A DNA stretch of 64,000 nucleotides from a bacterium (lineage in GTDB: Bacteria; Hinthialibacterota; Hinthialibacteria; Hinthialibacterales; Hinthialibacteraceae). Below are positions 1 to 10,890 of the stretch, one piece after another; the stretch's first letter is position 1, and each line of letters begins with the position of its first letter. The notes beneath the pieces are model-generated. The model made no database searches. It was not told where the DNA came from and saw only the letters and a program-made list of their open reading frames with translations. The stretch lies in the NCBI GenBank assembly GCA_963662285.2, contig CAXXMV010000001.1:1056001-1120000 (forward strand). Reading direction: 5' to 3'. Both the position numbers and the translations under genes were made by a program.

Positions 1-116
1 ACTTGTATTTCATCGTACATAAAACTCACCTTTTTCCGATTAGAATAAATTTTTTAGAGTGTTTTGCATAATTGAGCGATTATCAAAATAATATTTATTT
101 ATTATCACATTTGATT

Positions 117-150
117 TTCGAAAAAGCCAATCTGTTATGGCTTTTTCGAA
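117..150. promoter_or_regulatory. Perfect 13-bp inverted repeat (hairpin or operator)
   Basis: TTCGAAAAAGCCA (117-129), 8-nt loop, TGGCTTTTTCGAA (138-150), in AT-rich intergenic DNA. Confidence 0.55.
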
Positions 151-392
151 TCGCGCATCAGAACATTATTACGAAAACCACTCTAATATGCTTATTGTTA
201 TGGTAATCACTTATAGAATTATCTCTTCAAAGACGCGCATAACAAGGGGCTGCCCAAGGCAGTAAATCAAAGAGTATTAAAATTTTAGCTTCACAGGCAA
301 GTATAGATGTTGTATTCTTAAAAAGGTTTGAAGAAAAACGTTCTTATTTTATTTTGGTTGTTTATTAAAAAAATAAAAAATATTGGCAGTTT

Positions 393-1199
393 ATGGCTCT
401 ACATCTCTACCCTGTTACTATTCGAAGCGTCAGTCCTCCTATCCAATGTCTGTTATCCAGACCGACAACGGAATTTCGCTGTTTGCATACCATTATCTAT
501 TTACATGGCTTGAATGGCAGTCGCAACCAGATATTCCAAGACCGCTATATGGAGTTCGCGGAAGCCATCCAGAAGCTGGGCTGCAATCTTATATCTATCG
601 AATTGCCATTTCATGGAGAGCGCCGCCAAAACAAAGAACAACCCGCCATCCAGAATATGATCAAATCAATGGGACATAAAGAAAATAATCCCTTTGATTC
701 TTTCATCAATGATATCAAGAAAACTGTTGATTTCATTATAGAAAAGAAGATAACGCGACCGGGAGAGATTGGAGTGGCCGGATTGGCATGGGGCGCCACC
801 CATGCATTCTATGCCTTAAAAAATGAGCGCCGCATCCGGTGCGGCGTTGTTCTACTGCCAGTATGTAAGATATCCAACCTTATAGAATTCAAGCAACTAA
901 AAGGACAACCGATTATAGAACAATACGAACCGCTTAATTATGTTGAGAAAATAGCGCCAAAACCACTCCTCTTCGTAACTGGAGAAAACGACGTACGCGC
1001 CGATCCTGTTTTCGCTAATGAGTTATACAACAAATTATTGCCGGAATACCAGGAAACCGATGATCAACAAAAACTGGCCTACACCATGTTGCTCGATACG
1101 GGCCATGCTTATGATTCACAAATGACTCAATTGACTGTAGATTGGTGCAAGGAACACTTGCTGGGGAAAAACAGCGGACCTTCCCTTTCGGGCGATTAG
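393..1199 (+). CDS. Alpha/beta hydrolase-fold protein, nucleophile Ser replaced by Ala
   Basis: IIYLHG oxyanion motif, ELPFHGER, elbow reads G-L-A-W-G, GEND and DTGH triad positions. Confidence 0.75.
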   Translation: MALHLYPVTIRSVSPPIQCLLSRPTTEFRCLHTIIYLHGLNGSRNQIFQDRYMEFAEAIQKLGCNLISIELPFHGERRQNKEQPAIQNMIKSMGHKENNPFDSFINDIKKTVDFIIEKKITRPGEIGVAGLAWGATHAFYALKNERRIRCGVVLLPVCKISNLIEFKQLKGQPIIEQYEPLNYVEKIAPKPLLFVTGENDVRADPVFANELYNKLLPEYQETDDQQKLAYTMLLDTGHAYDSQMTQLTVDWCKEHLLGKNSGPSLSGD

Positions 1200-1215
1200 A
1201 GAGATTTGTCTATAA

Positions 1216-1539
1216 TTAATCCATTCTCTCCAATACAACCGCTGTTCCATAGACGAACAATTCAGCTGCATTAGTTGCTACAGATGACGTAGTAAATCGA
1301 ATGCAGACAATACCATTGGCGCCGACGGACTCAGCGTGATCAATCATACGGTCCATAGCCTGCTCACGCGCTTCGGCCAGTAATTTGGTATATTCGGTAA
1401 CTTCGCCGCCAACCAGATTGCGTAATCCAGCCAGGATATCTTTACCAATATGACGCGTTCGCACCGTGCTGCCGCGTACGATTCCTTTATAGTCAACAAT
1501 CTGATAACCAGACAGTTCATCCTGCGTTGTAATAAGCAT
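1216..1539 (-). CDS. YbjQ/UPF0145 family protein
   Basis: 107 aa; GKDILAGLRNLVGGEVTEYTKLL...AREQA...GANGIV...YGTAV; GGAG RBS. Confidence 0.9.
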   Translation of the reverse strand: MLITTQDELSGYQIVDYKGIVRGSTVRTRHIGKDILAGLRNLVGGEVTEYTKLLAEAREQAMDRMIDHAESVGANGIVCIRFTTSSVATNAAELFVYGTAVVLERMD

Positions 1540-1676
1540 AGTAAACTCCCTTGTTTATGATGAGTCGACAAAAAGTGGATGGAGGACAAAACTCACACTA
1601 TATCTTGTATGATTCAACCTTATATATCCACAAATTGTTGTAGTTACGAATACAGTTTTGACTTTTTACCGTTTCG

Positions 1677-1880
1677 TCATTTATCCACATTTTTAGAATA
1701 ATAGTCGTCTTCTTTACTATCCAACCGCTCGACCAGCACTTTCATCAACAAAAAACCGAATCCCACAATTCCGATCAAACCAATAATGCCAAAAGGAAAA
1801 GCCATTATCATGCCAAAAAGCATCAAGCCAAACCAACATAAAGCCACAATACCGATTAGAATATAACCTATAGATTCCAT
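1677..1880 (-). CDS. Small membrane protein (2 TM)
   Basis: 67 aa, hydrophobic with C-terminal EDDYYSKNVDK; GGAGG RBS upstream. Confidence 0.7.
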   Translation of the reverse strand: MESIGYILIGIVALCWFGLMLFGMIMAFPFGIIGLIGIVGFGFLLMKVLVERLDSKEDDYYSKNVDK

Positions 1881-2127
1881 GGCGACTCGCCTCCCAGGCT
1901 TTTTGCATTATATTATATTGTATATTGCAAACCAGCAATTACGAATTATATATGATAATACGAATATTTTTTCAAAATAATTCATGCGGGGAAGATAATT
2001 TCATTAGAATATGGCAAACTAGAGAGGTTATTGAAATAAAGAACGAATAATCGTTAGATTTCAAATCACGTATACTTTTATATAATTGAATAAGCATCAC
2101 ATGAATTGCGTCGACAAGGAAGACGAA

Positions 2128-2835
2128 ATGGATATTCTAACTTCTTTATACGGTTTCGGCTTCTGCCTTGAAATTTTCGCTGTCGCAGCGTTGTTACTGT
2201 TTCTAATCAACAGCGTCAACCGGATGCGACGCGATGAGCAAACCTTGAACCGCAAACGCACCCGGAAATTCGGGAGAGACGCGTTTCTCTTTTTTGTATC
2301 ATTGATCCTATTTTTCGCAGGATTTGCCTTTATAAATTTCGCTCTGTTTATTCAAGCCTACCGTACATACGCCATTGGCGAACCTATAGCTAAAGTAACT
2401 ATCAGTTCCAGAAGCAGCGTGCAGGAATTCTCAGTACGTATAAATGAGTTAGGCAAGCCATTAACCGAAGAGTCCGCTCCAATGGACGAAACTTTCAGGA
2501 TAAAGGGCGACCGCTGGATGCTGGAAGGTCATATCATCCGCTTCCAACCCTGGCTCAGTTTTCTGGGATTAAAACCTATTTATCAACTTACCCGCATCCA
2601 GGGCAGCTATTACTCCATCGAAGAAGAACGCAACAGCGAACGGACGGTCTACTCGCTGGTAGATAATTCAGAAGAAGAATGGTGGAAATGGTTGTATCAA
2701 AAAGCCGACTCAATCCCCTTTATGGAAATGGCCTATGGTTCAGCCATATCTCAAGACGCGCAAAAGGGGAGCCAGTATATTGTCACTGTGCTCCCCTCTG
2801 GTTTCTCGCTGCAAAAAAGCGATGTCGATTATTAA
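2128..2835 (+). CDS. Hypothetical membrane protein (2 TM plus soluble domain)
   Basis: ORF 2086-2835; ATG 2128 follows AAGGA; GDRWMLEGHII...YQLTRIQGSY. Confidence 0.7.
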   Translation: MDILTSLYGFGFCLEIFAVAALLLFLINSVNRMRRDEQTLNRKRTRKFGRDAFLFFVSLILFFAGFAFINFALFIQAYRTYAIGEPIAKVTISSRSSVQEFSVRINELGKPLTEESAPMDETFRIKGDRWMLEGHIIRFQPWLSFLGLKPIYQLTRIQGSYYSIEEERNSERTVYSLVDNSEEEWWKWLYQKADSIPFMEMAYGSAISQDAQKGSQYIVTVLPSGFSLQKSDVDY

Positions 2836-2870
2836 GATATTCTCAAAAACTTTGATCGCATAAAACAAAA

Positions 2871-5261
2871 TCAACTTTTCACTATTATGTTATACGTTTT
2901 CCCTGGAGATGCATCAAACTCAACCACGCCGTCTTCCGTGATAATGAAATCAACTTTCTGACCATCCGACATCACGTTAACCGACGCATGAGCGCGGACT
3001 TTGCATTTCCCACCGAGGATGGCATGAATGGTTGAGTTAGTTAGTTTTCCATCGCTCCATTCGCAATCCACCTCAAAGCCCCCGCGTGCGCGCAGACCGC
3101 TTACCGAACCTTGCGGCCATACCGATGGTAACGCTGGAAGCAGGTTAATTTCACCTTCATGACTTTGCAGCAGCATTTCAGCGATTCCAGCAGTCGCTCC
3201 GAAATTGCCATCGATTTGGAATGGTGGATGGGCATCGAACAGGTTAAGGTAGACGCCTCCGCTTTGATAGTTGGTTTTGTTGGTTCCAACTACAGTAAGC
3301 AGGTTGCTGAGCAGTTTATAGGCGCGGTCGCCATCAAGCAGCCTGGCCCAGAAATTGATCTTCCACGCCAAACTCCAACCGGTGCCGCCATCGCCCCGGC
3401 CAATCAATGTTTTTTTAGCCGCTTCAAACAACTCAGGCGTCCTGGTTCTTGTTATCTGGCGTCCGGGATGCAGACCATATAGCGGCGATACATGACGATG
3501 ATTTGGTTCGGGTTCTTCAAATTCCTCAGTCCATTCCATTAGCCGTCCATCGGAGCCAATCTGGGGAATAGCTAGATTCTCTCTGGTAGATGCTACTTGT
3601 GTCACAAAATCATCTTTGATCCCCAAGATGCTGGCGGCGTCAAGACAATTGGTGAATATATCCCAGACAATTTCCTGATCCATGGCGCATCCCATATTCA
3701 GCACGGCAACCTGACCGTCTTTAGTCTTAAAACGGTTTTCGGGTGATGTCGACGGCCCGGAGACTAACTTACCGGTCTTGGGGTCTTTGGTAAGAAAATC
3801 AAGAAAGAATTCGGCTGATTCTTTCATGATGGGGTAGCCGCGTTCACGCAGAAATTTCTCATCTCCAGTAAAGAGATAATGCTCCCATAAATGCTGGCAA
3901 CTCCAGGCGGCGCCAAGCGGCCACATGCCATAAACCACATTGCCTATGGGTGATGTCCAATGCCATGCGTCACTGGTATGATGAGCAGTGAATCCACGGC
4001 AGCCGTAGACGTCACGCGCCGTCTTGCGTCCCGCAGGACGCAGGTTGTCGATAAACTCCAGGAACGGTTCATGCAGTTCGGAAAGGTTGCAGACTTCCGC
4101 CAGCCAATAGTTCATTTGGATATTGATATTGATATGGTAATCGCAATTCCAGGGCGCCTCGATATGCTCGTTCCACAGTCCCTGCAAATTAGACGGCATA
4201 CAGCCGGGACGCGAACAACTGATTAAAAGATAGCGGCCATATTGAAAGAATAGTTCGGCTAATTGCGGATCATCCCGATTATCAGCAAAAGCGGCCAAAC
4301 GTTTATCAGTTGGTAATTTTTCAGCACTGGATCGACCCAAATCCAGATCGACGCGCCGGAATAAACGTTGATGTTCGGCGATGTGATCATTCTTTATATC
4401 GGCAATTTGTTTTTGCGACGCTTTATCGATGATTGAACAGCACTTGGTAACCGGATCATTATCTTTATAAGTTGTAGCCGCCGTCAGCAGGATAGTCACC
4501 GCATCGGCTTTGACGATGCTTATGGCTTTTTGGTTTCGGGAAACCAGCGACTCACCGCCATCTGTAATCACTTGCAAGCGGCATTCAAAACTGACGCCTT
4601 CAGTATCTTTTCCTTGATCCACCTTGCCGCGCATCACTAGTTGATTATTGCCGAATGCTTCGACTTCAGCATTTTCTGAACGACCCAGTTTGAGGTTAAG
4701 TGAAAGTTCACCTGTCTTGCTGCACGATAAACGGACTACTATCACATCATCAACCGGGCTGGAAAAAATTTCCCGCGTATAGACGACATCTCCAACACTG
4801 TAGGTTACGCAGGCAAGCGCTGTATCGAGATTTAATTCCCGCTGGTAATTGGTTATGTTAGTACCATGATCAAAAGCCAGTTCCAGGTTACCCAGGGTTT
4901 GATAACTGAGAGGAGCGATGCGTTCTCCCATAAATTGTTCTTGCATCACCTTCTGGCCTTCAAGATACTTGCCATCGAATATCAGGTTGCGCGCTTCTTC
5001 TAAATATTTAAAAGCGCCAACGCGATCACGGTTTTTGGTGGTTTTCGCCCAAACCGTATCTTCATTCAGCTGGATTATTTCATGACCAACGCGGCCATAT
5101 ACCATGCAACCCAAATGACCATTACCGAGGGGAAGGGCTTCTTCCCATTTCTGCGCTGGTTGCTCATACCACAAACGCAGATCGCTGCTTCCACAGACGG
5201 CAGCGTTAACAAATAGCAGTAAAAACAAAACAGGTAAAAGCATATTTCTAAATTGCTTCAT
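2871..5261 (-). CDS. Glycoside hydrolase family 95 (alpha-1,2-L-fucosidase/L-galactosidase), secreted
   Basis: Signal peptide; [53 protein letters not shown]. Confidence 0.95.
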   Translation of the reverse strand: MKQFRNMLLPVLFLLLFVNAAVCGSSDLRLWYEQPAQKWEEALPLGNGHLGCMVYGRVGHEIIQLNEDTVWAKTTKNRDRVGAFKYLEEARNLIFDGKYLEGQKVMQEQFMGERIAPLSYQTLGNLELAFDHGTNITNYQRELNLDTALACVTYSVGDVVYTREIFSSPVDDVIVVRLSCSKTGELSLNLKLGRSENAEVEAFGNNQLVMRGKVDQGKDTEGVSFECRLQVITDGGESLVSRNQKAISIVKADAVTILLTAATTYKDNDPVTKCCSIIDKASQKQIADIKNDHIAEHQRLFRRVDLDLGRSSAEKLPTDKRLAAFADNRDDPQLAELFFQYGRYLLISCSRPGCMPSNLQGLWNEHIEAPWNCDYHININIQMNYWLAEVCNLSELHEPFLEFIDNLRPAGRKTARDVYGCRGFTAHHTSDAWHWTSPIGNVVYGMWPLGAAWSCQHLWEHYLFTGDEKFLRERGYPIMKESAEFFLDFLTKDPKTGKLVSGPSTSPENRFKTKDGQVAVLNMGCAMDQEIVWDIFTNCLDAASILGIKDDFVTQVASTRENLAIPQIGSDGRLMEWTEEFEEPEPNHRHVSPLYGLHPGRQITRTRTPELFEAAKKTLIGRGDGGTGWSLAWKINFWARLLDGDRAYKLLSNLLTVVGTNKTNYQSGGVYLNLFDAHPPFQIDGNFGATAGIAEMLLQSHEGEINLLPALPSVWPQGSVSGLRARGGFEVDCEWSDGKLTNSTIHAILGGKCKVRAHASVNVMSDGQKVDFIITEDGVVEFDASPGKTYNIIVKS

Positions 5262-5263
5262 TA

Positions 5264-6871
5264 TTAATTTCCTCTTTTCTTATGAACTAACTGGCTTTTT
5301 TTCAAAGTAATTTTGTGAATTAACTGGTTGTAGATGTTGTAAATTTCATAAGCAACCGTTGGATCGGATTGCGCCGTATCAAAGGTCAACAATCCAAAAG
5401 AACAGGTATCGTTATAGCCGAATATTGATCCAGACATGATGCCATGGGTATGAATGTTGGATATCTTGGAACTTTCAAATTCGTATAGGTCGTAACCATT
5501 TTCGCGTTCTATCTTCCACGCATCAGAGCGATGCCGATCTGCGGATATCAAGATAACTCCATCAATACTATTTTCTTCAAGAAACGAGAATATCTTCTCC
5601 CGTTCAGCCTTATATCCCTGCCATGGATCAAGGCTGCCCGGTTTGGCGCCATAGGACCAGGGAACCGGAGAAGCAATCACCTTGAACGTTGCTTTCGATT
5701 GCTTCAACGCTTTTAGGAGCCACTCCATTTGCACAGGCCCAAGCATTAATGGATTATCAACTTTGGGATCAGTGCGGTAATATCGTCCATCCAGCATGAA
5801 AAAATCCACATCCCCGATGGAAAAATCATACCAACATCCAGGCTGCGACTCCCCGCCTCCATAGGCAGGATTATTCCAATTGTTTTTATACAAACGCCAT
5901 ACGGGGATTTTCCATGCAGGATCATTGATCTCCGGCCCGCCCCATTGGTCATTGATGGTAAAATCATGATCATCCCATATTGAGAAGACCGATGTGGATG
6001 CAGCGAATCTGCGGAACTCTTCTCGCGACTGTCTGCGGTAATAACAATAACGCTGCACATCCGGGCGGGTGGGATTATCTATATATACATTGTCTCCCAA
6101 CAGAAGAAATGCCAGGGGATTATGCGAGTGGATAGTATTCCACATCCGCTCATATTTCGGCGTATAACCAGCGCCTCCACCAAAGCCAACCTGGAACCGG
6201 GAATGCCCGCCCGTTTGGGGAAACGTTTTAAAAGACCATTGGCCATCCTGTTGCTGATCATTAATATTGATTGAGTAGAAATATTCAGTTTCCGGTTCCA
6301 AACCATCAACCATTGCTATTGCGGTATAGTCGTTCTCTTTTTGGGTACGCACCTTATGCGAAACAATAGAATCTTCCATATTCGAAGATTTACTGATTTG
6401 CACTGCAAAATCAGCTTCCTGGGCCGTGCGAATCCAAAATCGGGCGCTGTCATGCGTTACGCAGCCAACTGTAGGACCATGCACAAACAGCGAATCAAAT
6501 TTTTCCGCATAGGCCTGGAACTCTGGACTAGTAGTTAACGGTTTAAGCAGTTCTCGCGGCCCCGCGATAAAACGGGCGAAAGGCAAGCCTGAGTCAACCG
6601 CCTGCTTCACGTATTCCATCGACTTGGCGATATCATTCTTTCGCGCATAGCCAACCGCAAGCACAAACATCGATTCAAGATCGCCGGAATTCTCATACAA
6701 ATAGTCAGTAAACAACTGGATGGTTTCATCGTATTTGCCATCAACAATATCGCTGATTCCATCACGGGATATTTTCTTATACTGCTGTTCAGCTGCATCA
6801 GAGGGATGCAGCCAAATCATGGTTCCAATGCCAATGATCAATAATACAAACAGTTTTCTTATCATGTTCAT
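5264..6871 (-). CDS. Alkaline phosphatase D family metallophosphoesterase with N-terminal TPR-like region
   Basis: [27 protein letters not shown] motifs; purple-acid-phosphatase-like N domain; signal peptide. Confidence 0.85.
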   Translation of the reverse strand: MNMIRKLFVLLIIGIGTMIWLHPSDAAEQQYKKISRDGISDIVDGKYDETIQLFTDYLYENSGDLESMFVLAVGYARKNDIAKSMEYVKQAVDSGLPFARFIAGPRELLKPLTTSPEFQAYAEKFDSLFVHGPTVGCVTHDSARFWIRTAQEADFAVQISKSSNMEDSIVSHKVRTQKENDYTAIAMVDGLEPETEYFYSININDQQQDGQWSFKTFPQTGGHSRFQVGFGGGAGYTPKYERMWNTIHSHNPLAFLLLGDNVYIDNPTRPDVQRYCYYRRQSREEFRRFAASTSVFSIWDDHDFTINDQWGGPEINDPAWKIPVWRLYKNNWNNPAYGGGESQPGCWYDFSIGDVDFFMLDGRYYRTDPKVDNPLMLGPVQMEWLLKALKQSKATFKVIASPVPWSYGAKPGSLDPWQGYKAEREKIFSFLEENSIDGVILISADRHRSDAWKIERENGYDLYEFESSKISNIHTHGIMSGSIFGYNDTCSFGLLTFDTAQSDPTVAYEIYNIYNQLIHKITLKKSQLVHKKRGN

Positions 6872-6914
6872 CTCCCCACTATATAAAACGGTTGGCGTAC
6901 TGATAACAAAATCC

Positions 6915-6954
6915 AGGTGGGTTGCAATACGCGATTATGCAGCGCAACCCACCT
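6915..6954. repeat. GC-rich intergenic palindrome (REP-like or RNA-stabilising hairpin)
   Basis: AGGTGGGTTGC (6915-6925) and GCAACCCACCT (6944-6954), between co-directional genes. Confidence 0.55.
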
Positions 6955-6967
6955 CGTGATGAAATTC

Positions 6968-8050
6968 TTAAATCTTACTGGTAATCCGCACTGCTTGAGT
7001 CTGCGCTTCTAAACTGACTCTAGCCGTCATAAATGCATGTTCCTGAGTCATGGCGTTTTCCGTACCGTCAAGGCAATCGCGAATCAATTGTCCAAAGTAT
7101 GGAAAACCAACTGTTCCGGCAGCCTGAATATGCTGTTCTTTCTCTTGATCAACCAGATAAATATGGTCTCCCTGGTTGTCCCGCGCCACGTCGATATATT
7201 TACGGATTTCGATAGAACCCTCGGTTCCCATGATGAAGGTACGCCCGTCGCCCCAGGCGCCCATCCCATCCGGCGTAAACCAATCAACCCGGAAATACAT
7301 AGTTGCGCCATTATCGGCCACCAACACTGCGTCGCCGAAATCCTCTAAACCGGGGTAATCAGGATTATTGAAATTGGCAATCTGACTATGAACCACCTTG
7401 GCGTCTTTGGCATCGGCGTAATACAGGAATTGTTCAATCTGATGGCTGCCCAGGTCGCAAATAATTCCGCCGTACTGTTCACGGTTGAAGAACCAGTCAG
7501 GACGGCTGGGCAGATTCAAGCGATGAGGAGCCAGGTTGGTTACTTGTAGGACCTTGCCAATGGCGCCGTTTTTAATTAATTGTCCAGCGTATACGGCGCT
7601 CTCAACATGAAGCCGCTCGCTATAATAGACCGCCCATTTCAAACCAGTCTCAGCAACTTTGGCGCGAGCCTTATCTAGTTGATCAAAAGTCGTGAAAGGC
7701 GCTTTGTCGCAGAAGTAATGCTTCTTGTGATCCATAACCTTCAAGCCGAACGGGCCGCGCTCTGAAGTAATCTTGGCGCTGGCTATCATGTGCAGCGACT
7801 CATCGGACAGGGCTTCTTCTTCACTGCCCGCGGGTTTTACTCCGGGATATGTTTCGCAAAACTTTTTGAGTTTCTCCGCATCGGGATCATAAGCCCAAAC
7901 CAGTTCGCCTCCAGCCTCGGTCAGACCGTTGGACATGCCATAAATGTGACCATGATCCAAACCTACTGCGGCAAAGCGAAAGTCTCCTTTTTCGCAGACC
8001 ACCTCAGATTTACCCTTCGGGGCGTACATCATTCCATCTGCTTTTTGCAT
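6968..8050 (-). CDS. Gfo/Idh/MocA family oxidoreductase
   Basis: AAVGLDHGHI, CDKAP, GGIICDLGSHQI. Confidence 0.9.
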   Translation of the reverse strand: MQKADGMMYAPKGKSEVVCEKGDFRFAAVGLDHGHIYGMSNGLTEAGGELVWAYDPDAEKLKKFCETYPGVKPAGSEEEALSDESLHMIASAKITSERGPFGLKVMDHKKHYFCDKAPFTTFDQLDKARAKVAETGLKWAVYYSERLHVESAVYAGQLIKNGAIGKVLQVTNLAPHRLNLPSRPDWFFNREQYGGIICDLGSHQIEQFLYYADAKDAKVVHSQIANFNNPDYPGLEDFGDAVLVADNGATMYFRVDWFTPDGMGAWGDGRTFIMGTEGSIEIRKYIDVARDNQGDHIYLVDQEKEQHIQAAGTVGFPYFGQLIRDCLDGTENAMTQEHAFMTARVSLEAQTQAVRITSKI

Positions 8051-8075
8051 TATATATCTCCTTAAGATTTGATTA

Positions 8076-9236
8076 TTATTTTTGATCCGAACTAGATCCG
8101 ACGATTATATTATCATCATCAAAGTTATCTATTGACTCGCCTTTTTCATAAAAATGAATGGCGTTTTCTTTGATCTTCTCAGCGCTGTAAAAGGGGCTGC
8201 TTTGATCCATAGGCAGTTTAACCGTCTGATCCAAAGTGGCCGCCTGGTAAATCGACATCACTAATTCCAGCGTCTTGCGTCCTTCATTGCCGTCTACCAG
8301 AACCTTGCCGCCCGTCTCTATAGCGGTCAAGACATCGTCGAACTCGCCATCATATAATTCGTATTGCAGGTTTGGAACTTGCTGGTAAATCTGCTCGATC
8401 TCATTTTCCAACTCTACGTTCTGATCGGGGAACCCATTACTGCGCGGGGTGGAAGCATAGACTTTCCAGGGGAAAGAGATACGCGCTTTCTCGGCTTGAA
8501 ACACTATCTGCTGTTCTTCGCCATGATGCACCACCGAACTGGTTATCTGAGCCAGGGCGCCATTGTTATATTTCAACAGGCCGATAGAGAGGTCTTCGAC
8601 TTCGGCGTTGTCGTGGGCGGTGTTGCTCATTACCGCGCGGATTTCTGATGGCATCCCCATCATCCATTGGAACATATCGATATGATGAACGGCGTGATTG
8701 AGAGTGCAGCCGCCGCCTTCTTTCTCCCATGTGCCGCGCCACCATAAATCGTAGTAACTATGCCCGCGCCACCAGAAGGATTCGACTTGGGCATGAAGCA
8801 CTTTGCCTGCAATTCCTGAATCGATTACCGCTTTCAATTTTTGGATGGGATCGCGGAAGCGGTTCTGAGCGATAATAGCCAGTTTCTTACCGCTCTGTTC
8901 GCTGGCGACTATCATAGCGTCGCATTCAGCCAGAGACGGCGCCATAGGCTTTTCGCAGATCACATGCTTGCCTGCGTTTAAGCAATCAATGCTGATCTGC
9001 GCATGGGTATATGGCGGCGTACAGACTGAAACCAGTTGGATTTGTGGATCATCCAATATTTTTTTATAATCCTCATATATGGGGACGGATAAACCGAATT
9101 CCTCGATCTTTTTAAGAGCTTTGTCGGGATAAGTATCTGAACAGGCGACAATCTCGCAACGTTCTGGAAACTTTTGATAGGTTTCTATATGGGTGCGTGA
9201 TATACCGCCCAAACCGATAATGGCTATTTTTATCAT
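8076..9236 (-). CDS. Gfo/Idh/MocA family oxidoreductase
   Basis: IAIIGLGGIS, HVICEKPMA, GGGCTLNHAVHHID. Confidence 0.92.
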   Translation of the reverse strand: MIKIAIIGLGGISRTHIETYQKFPERCEIVACSDTYPDKALKKIEEFGLSVPIYEDYKKILDDPQIQLVSVCTPPYTHAQISIDCLNAGKHVICEKPMAPSLAECDAMIVASEQSGKKLAIIAQNRFRDPIQKLKAVIDSGIAGKVLHAQVESFWWRGHSYYDLWWRGTWEKEGGGCTLNHAVHHIDMFQWMMGMPSEIRAVMSNTAHDNAEVEDLSIGLLKYNNGALAQITSSVVHHGEEQQIVFQAEKARISFPWKVYASTPRSNGFPDQNVELENEIEQIYQQVPNLQYELYDGEFDDVLTAIETGGKVLVDGNEGRKTLELVMSIYQAATLDQTVKLPMDQSSPFYSAEKIKENAIHFYEKGESIDNFDDDNIIVGSSSDQK

Positions 9237-9412
9237 TTCGCTAAATCCTTTTATTGTGTACAGTATGTTAAGAGATATATATTACCATAGTCCTTATCCA
9301 ATGAAAAACCTTATTCATTGAATATTGAGCCTGGACAATCACTTGACGCAGCCAATTTGACGTAAGATACTTCTTGCATTACAAAAATAAAATCATTTAC
9401 CACGGGATAGCA

Positions 9413-10579
9413 ATGACCAAACATGAATGGATTAAAGCAGTTTTGAATGGCAATAAAGACGTCCCCGTCCCCCAACACTGGATGTCTTTTTTTAACGGTG
9501 AAGTCGCCAAAAAACTAAGCCCTGAGGAATGTCATTACGCACCCATGTGGATGTATGACGCTCCTGAACATTTTGATATGACGGCCATGGGACCTGATGC
9601 GCTGGATAAGATGATCCAATTCAATAATTATACCGGGCGTTGTTTTTCATGCTTGGGCAAAGGCGCCAATATCAGCTGGGGGCATGGCGGTCCGGGCGAA
9701 TTCTTTTGCAAATTAATCAGCCGCAGTGAAAATGAATTAATCGCTGAATATGAAACCGGCGTCCGGGCCAAAGTTCAGTTTAATCCCCATTTTTATCATA
9801 ATTACGACCACCCGGTTAAGACGCTCGATGACCTGGATAATCTTCAGTTGCCCGATCCAAACGACCCACAACGATACCTAGGCTTCGCCGAAGATGTGCG
9901 CTATTTGAAATCCAAGGGCGAATATGTGGTCGGCTCGCTTAACGGCTTCTTTTCCGGCATTCATTATTTTTTGATGGAATATACCGAGACGCTGATGGCG
10001 CTGATCGATAACCAAGAACTGATTACCGCCCTGCTGGACCGTTTGGGCGAATGGAATATCACCGCAGCCAAAAAGATGATCGAATGTGGCGCCGACTGCG
10101 TTTGCCTTTGTGATGACCTGGGATCAAAAACCTCCCTGCTGATGAGGCCAGCGCTTTACCGGGAATTCTTCAAGCCCTGGCATAAAAAACTGTGCGATGA
10201 AGTTCACACGCTCGGCGGCGACATCCATCTACACAGCCATGGCGCAATCGCCAAGATTCTTGATGACCTGGTTGAATGCGGTTTCGATTTCATCAATCCC
10301 TTCGATCCTGAAGAGAAAAACGATATCAACCTGCTGATGGAAAAGTATTCGCCCCATTTTGTAGTCGTAGGAGGCTTCCCCGCCAGCTTCTGGGAATGGG
10401 AAAACCGGGAACAGGAAGATTATCTCAAACGCATCGCTGATCTAGGGAAAAAACATGGGCGCCTGATATTTATGGATTCCGGAGGCATCCCTGAAAATGT
10501 ATCGCCTGAAGATTTCGCACGAGTAAGCCAGATAAGCCGCCAATTCCGGGGAGTGGACGAACATCCCGGTTTGATTTGA
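9413..10579 (+). CDS. Uroporphyrinogen decarboxylase / MtbA-type methyltransferase family protein
   Basis: LPDPNDP, CDDLGSKTSLLM, HLHSHG, FINPFDP; start moved to ATG 9413. Confidence 0.8.
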   Translation: MTKHEWIKAVLNGNKDVPVPQHWMSFFNGEVAKKLSPEECHYAPMWMYDAPEHFDMTAMGPDALDKMIQFNNYTGRCFSCLGKGANISWGHGGPGEFFCKLISRSENELIAEYETGVRAKVQFNPHFYHNYDHPVKTLDDLDNLQLPDPNDPQRYLGFAEDVRYLKSKGEYVVGSLNGFFSGIHYFLMEYTETLMALIDNQELITALLDRLGEWNITAAKKMIECGADCVCLCDDLGSKTSLLMRPALYREFFKPWHKKLCDEVHTLGGDIHLHSHGAIAKILDDLVECGFDFINPFDPEEKNDINLLMEKYSPHFVVVGGFPASFWEWENREQEDYLKRIADLGKKHGRLIFMDSGGIPENVSPEDFARVSQISRQFRGVDEHPGLI

Positions 10580-10598
10580 TGTTGATGAGTCATAGAAA

Positions 10599-10757
10599 GG
10601 GTGCCAAGGGCAGTGTATTTTCTGCCCTTGATTGAATCACACTTATATATTTTCAAAATTCCTACCAAGAATCCACACGAAAAACAGAATCATTGGATTG
10701 ACTTGGTTTATCAAAGGTTGTCCGTCAAGGGCAGACAGGACACTGCCCTTGGCACCC
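10599..10757. repeat. REPIN/MITE-like element with 33-bp imperfect terminal inverted repeats
   Basis: GGGTGCCAAGGGCAGTGT-attt-TCTGCCCTTGA (10599-10631) matches the reverse complement of 10725-10757 at 29/33; 93-bp spacer; each arm is itself a hairpin. Confidence 0.75.
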
Positions 10758-10805
10758 AAATATCACATTATTTAAAGAATCGATAAAATCGCAACAGGTG
10801 GATTC

Positions 10806-10837
10806 CAAGGGCAAGACCGCATAGCGGTCAGCCCTTG
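10806..10837. repeat. Third related hairpin (CAAGGGC...GCCCTTG)
   Basis: CAAGGGC-aa-GACCGC-ata-GCGGTC-a-GCCCTTG. Confidence 0.6.
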
Positions 10838-10890
10838 AAACCATCCGCTTCAATTCTATAACCCCATATCCAGGTATAATTTGACCGTGC

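Noticed and set aside
1-20. Start of a minus-strand gene (MYDEIQ..., GGTGAG RBS)
   Set aside because: Only six codons lie inside the window, so it cannot be identified.
10599-10837. CRISPR array
   Set aside because: Repeats are inverted and irregularly spaced, not direct repeats with uniform spacers; no cas genes.
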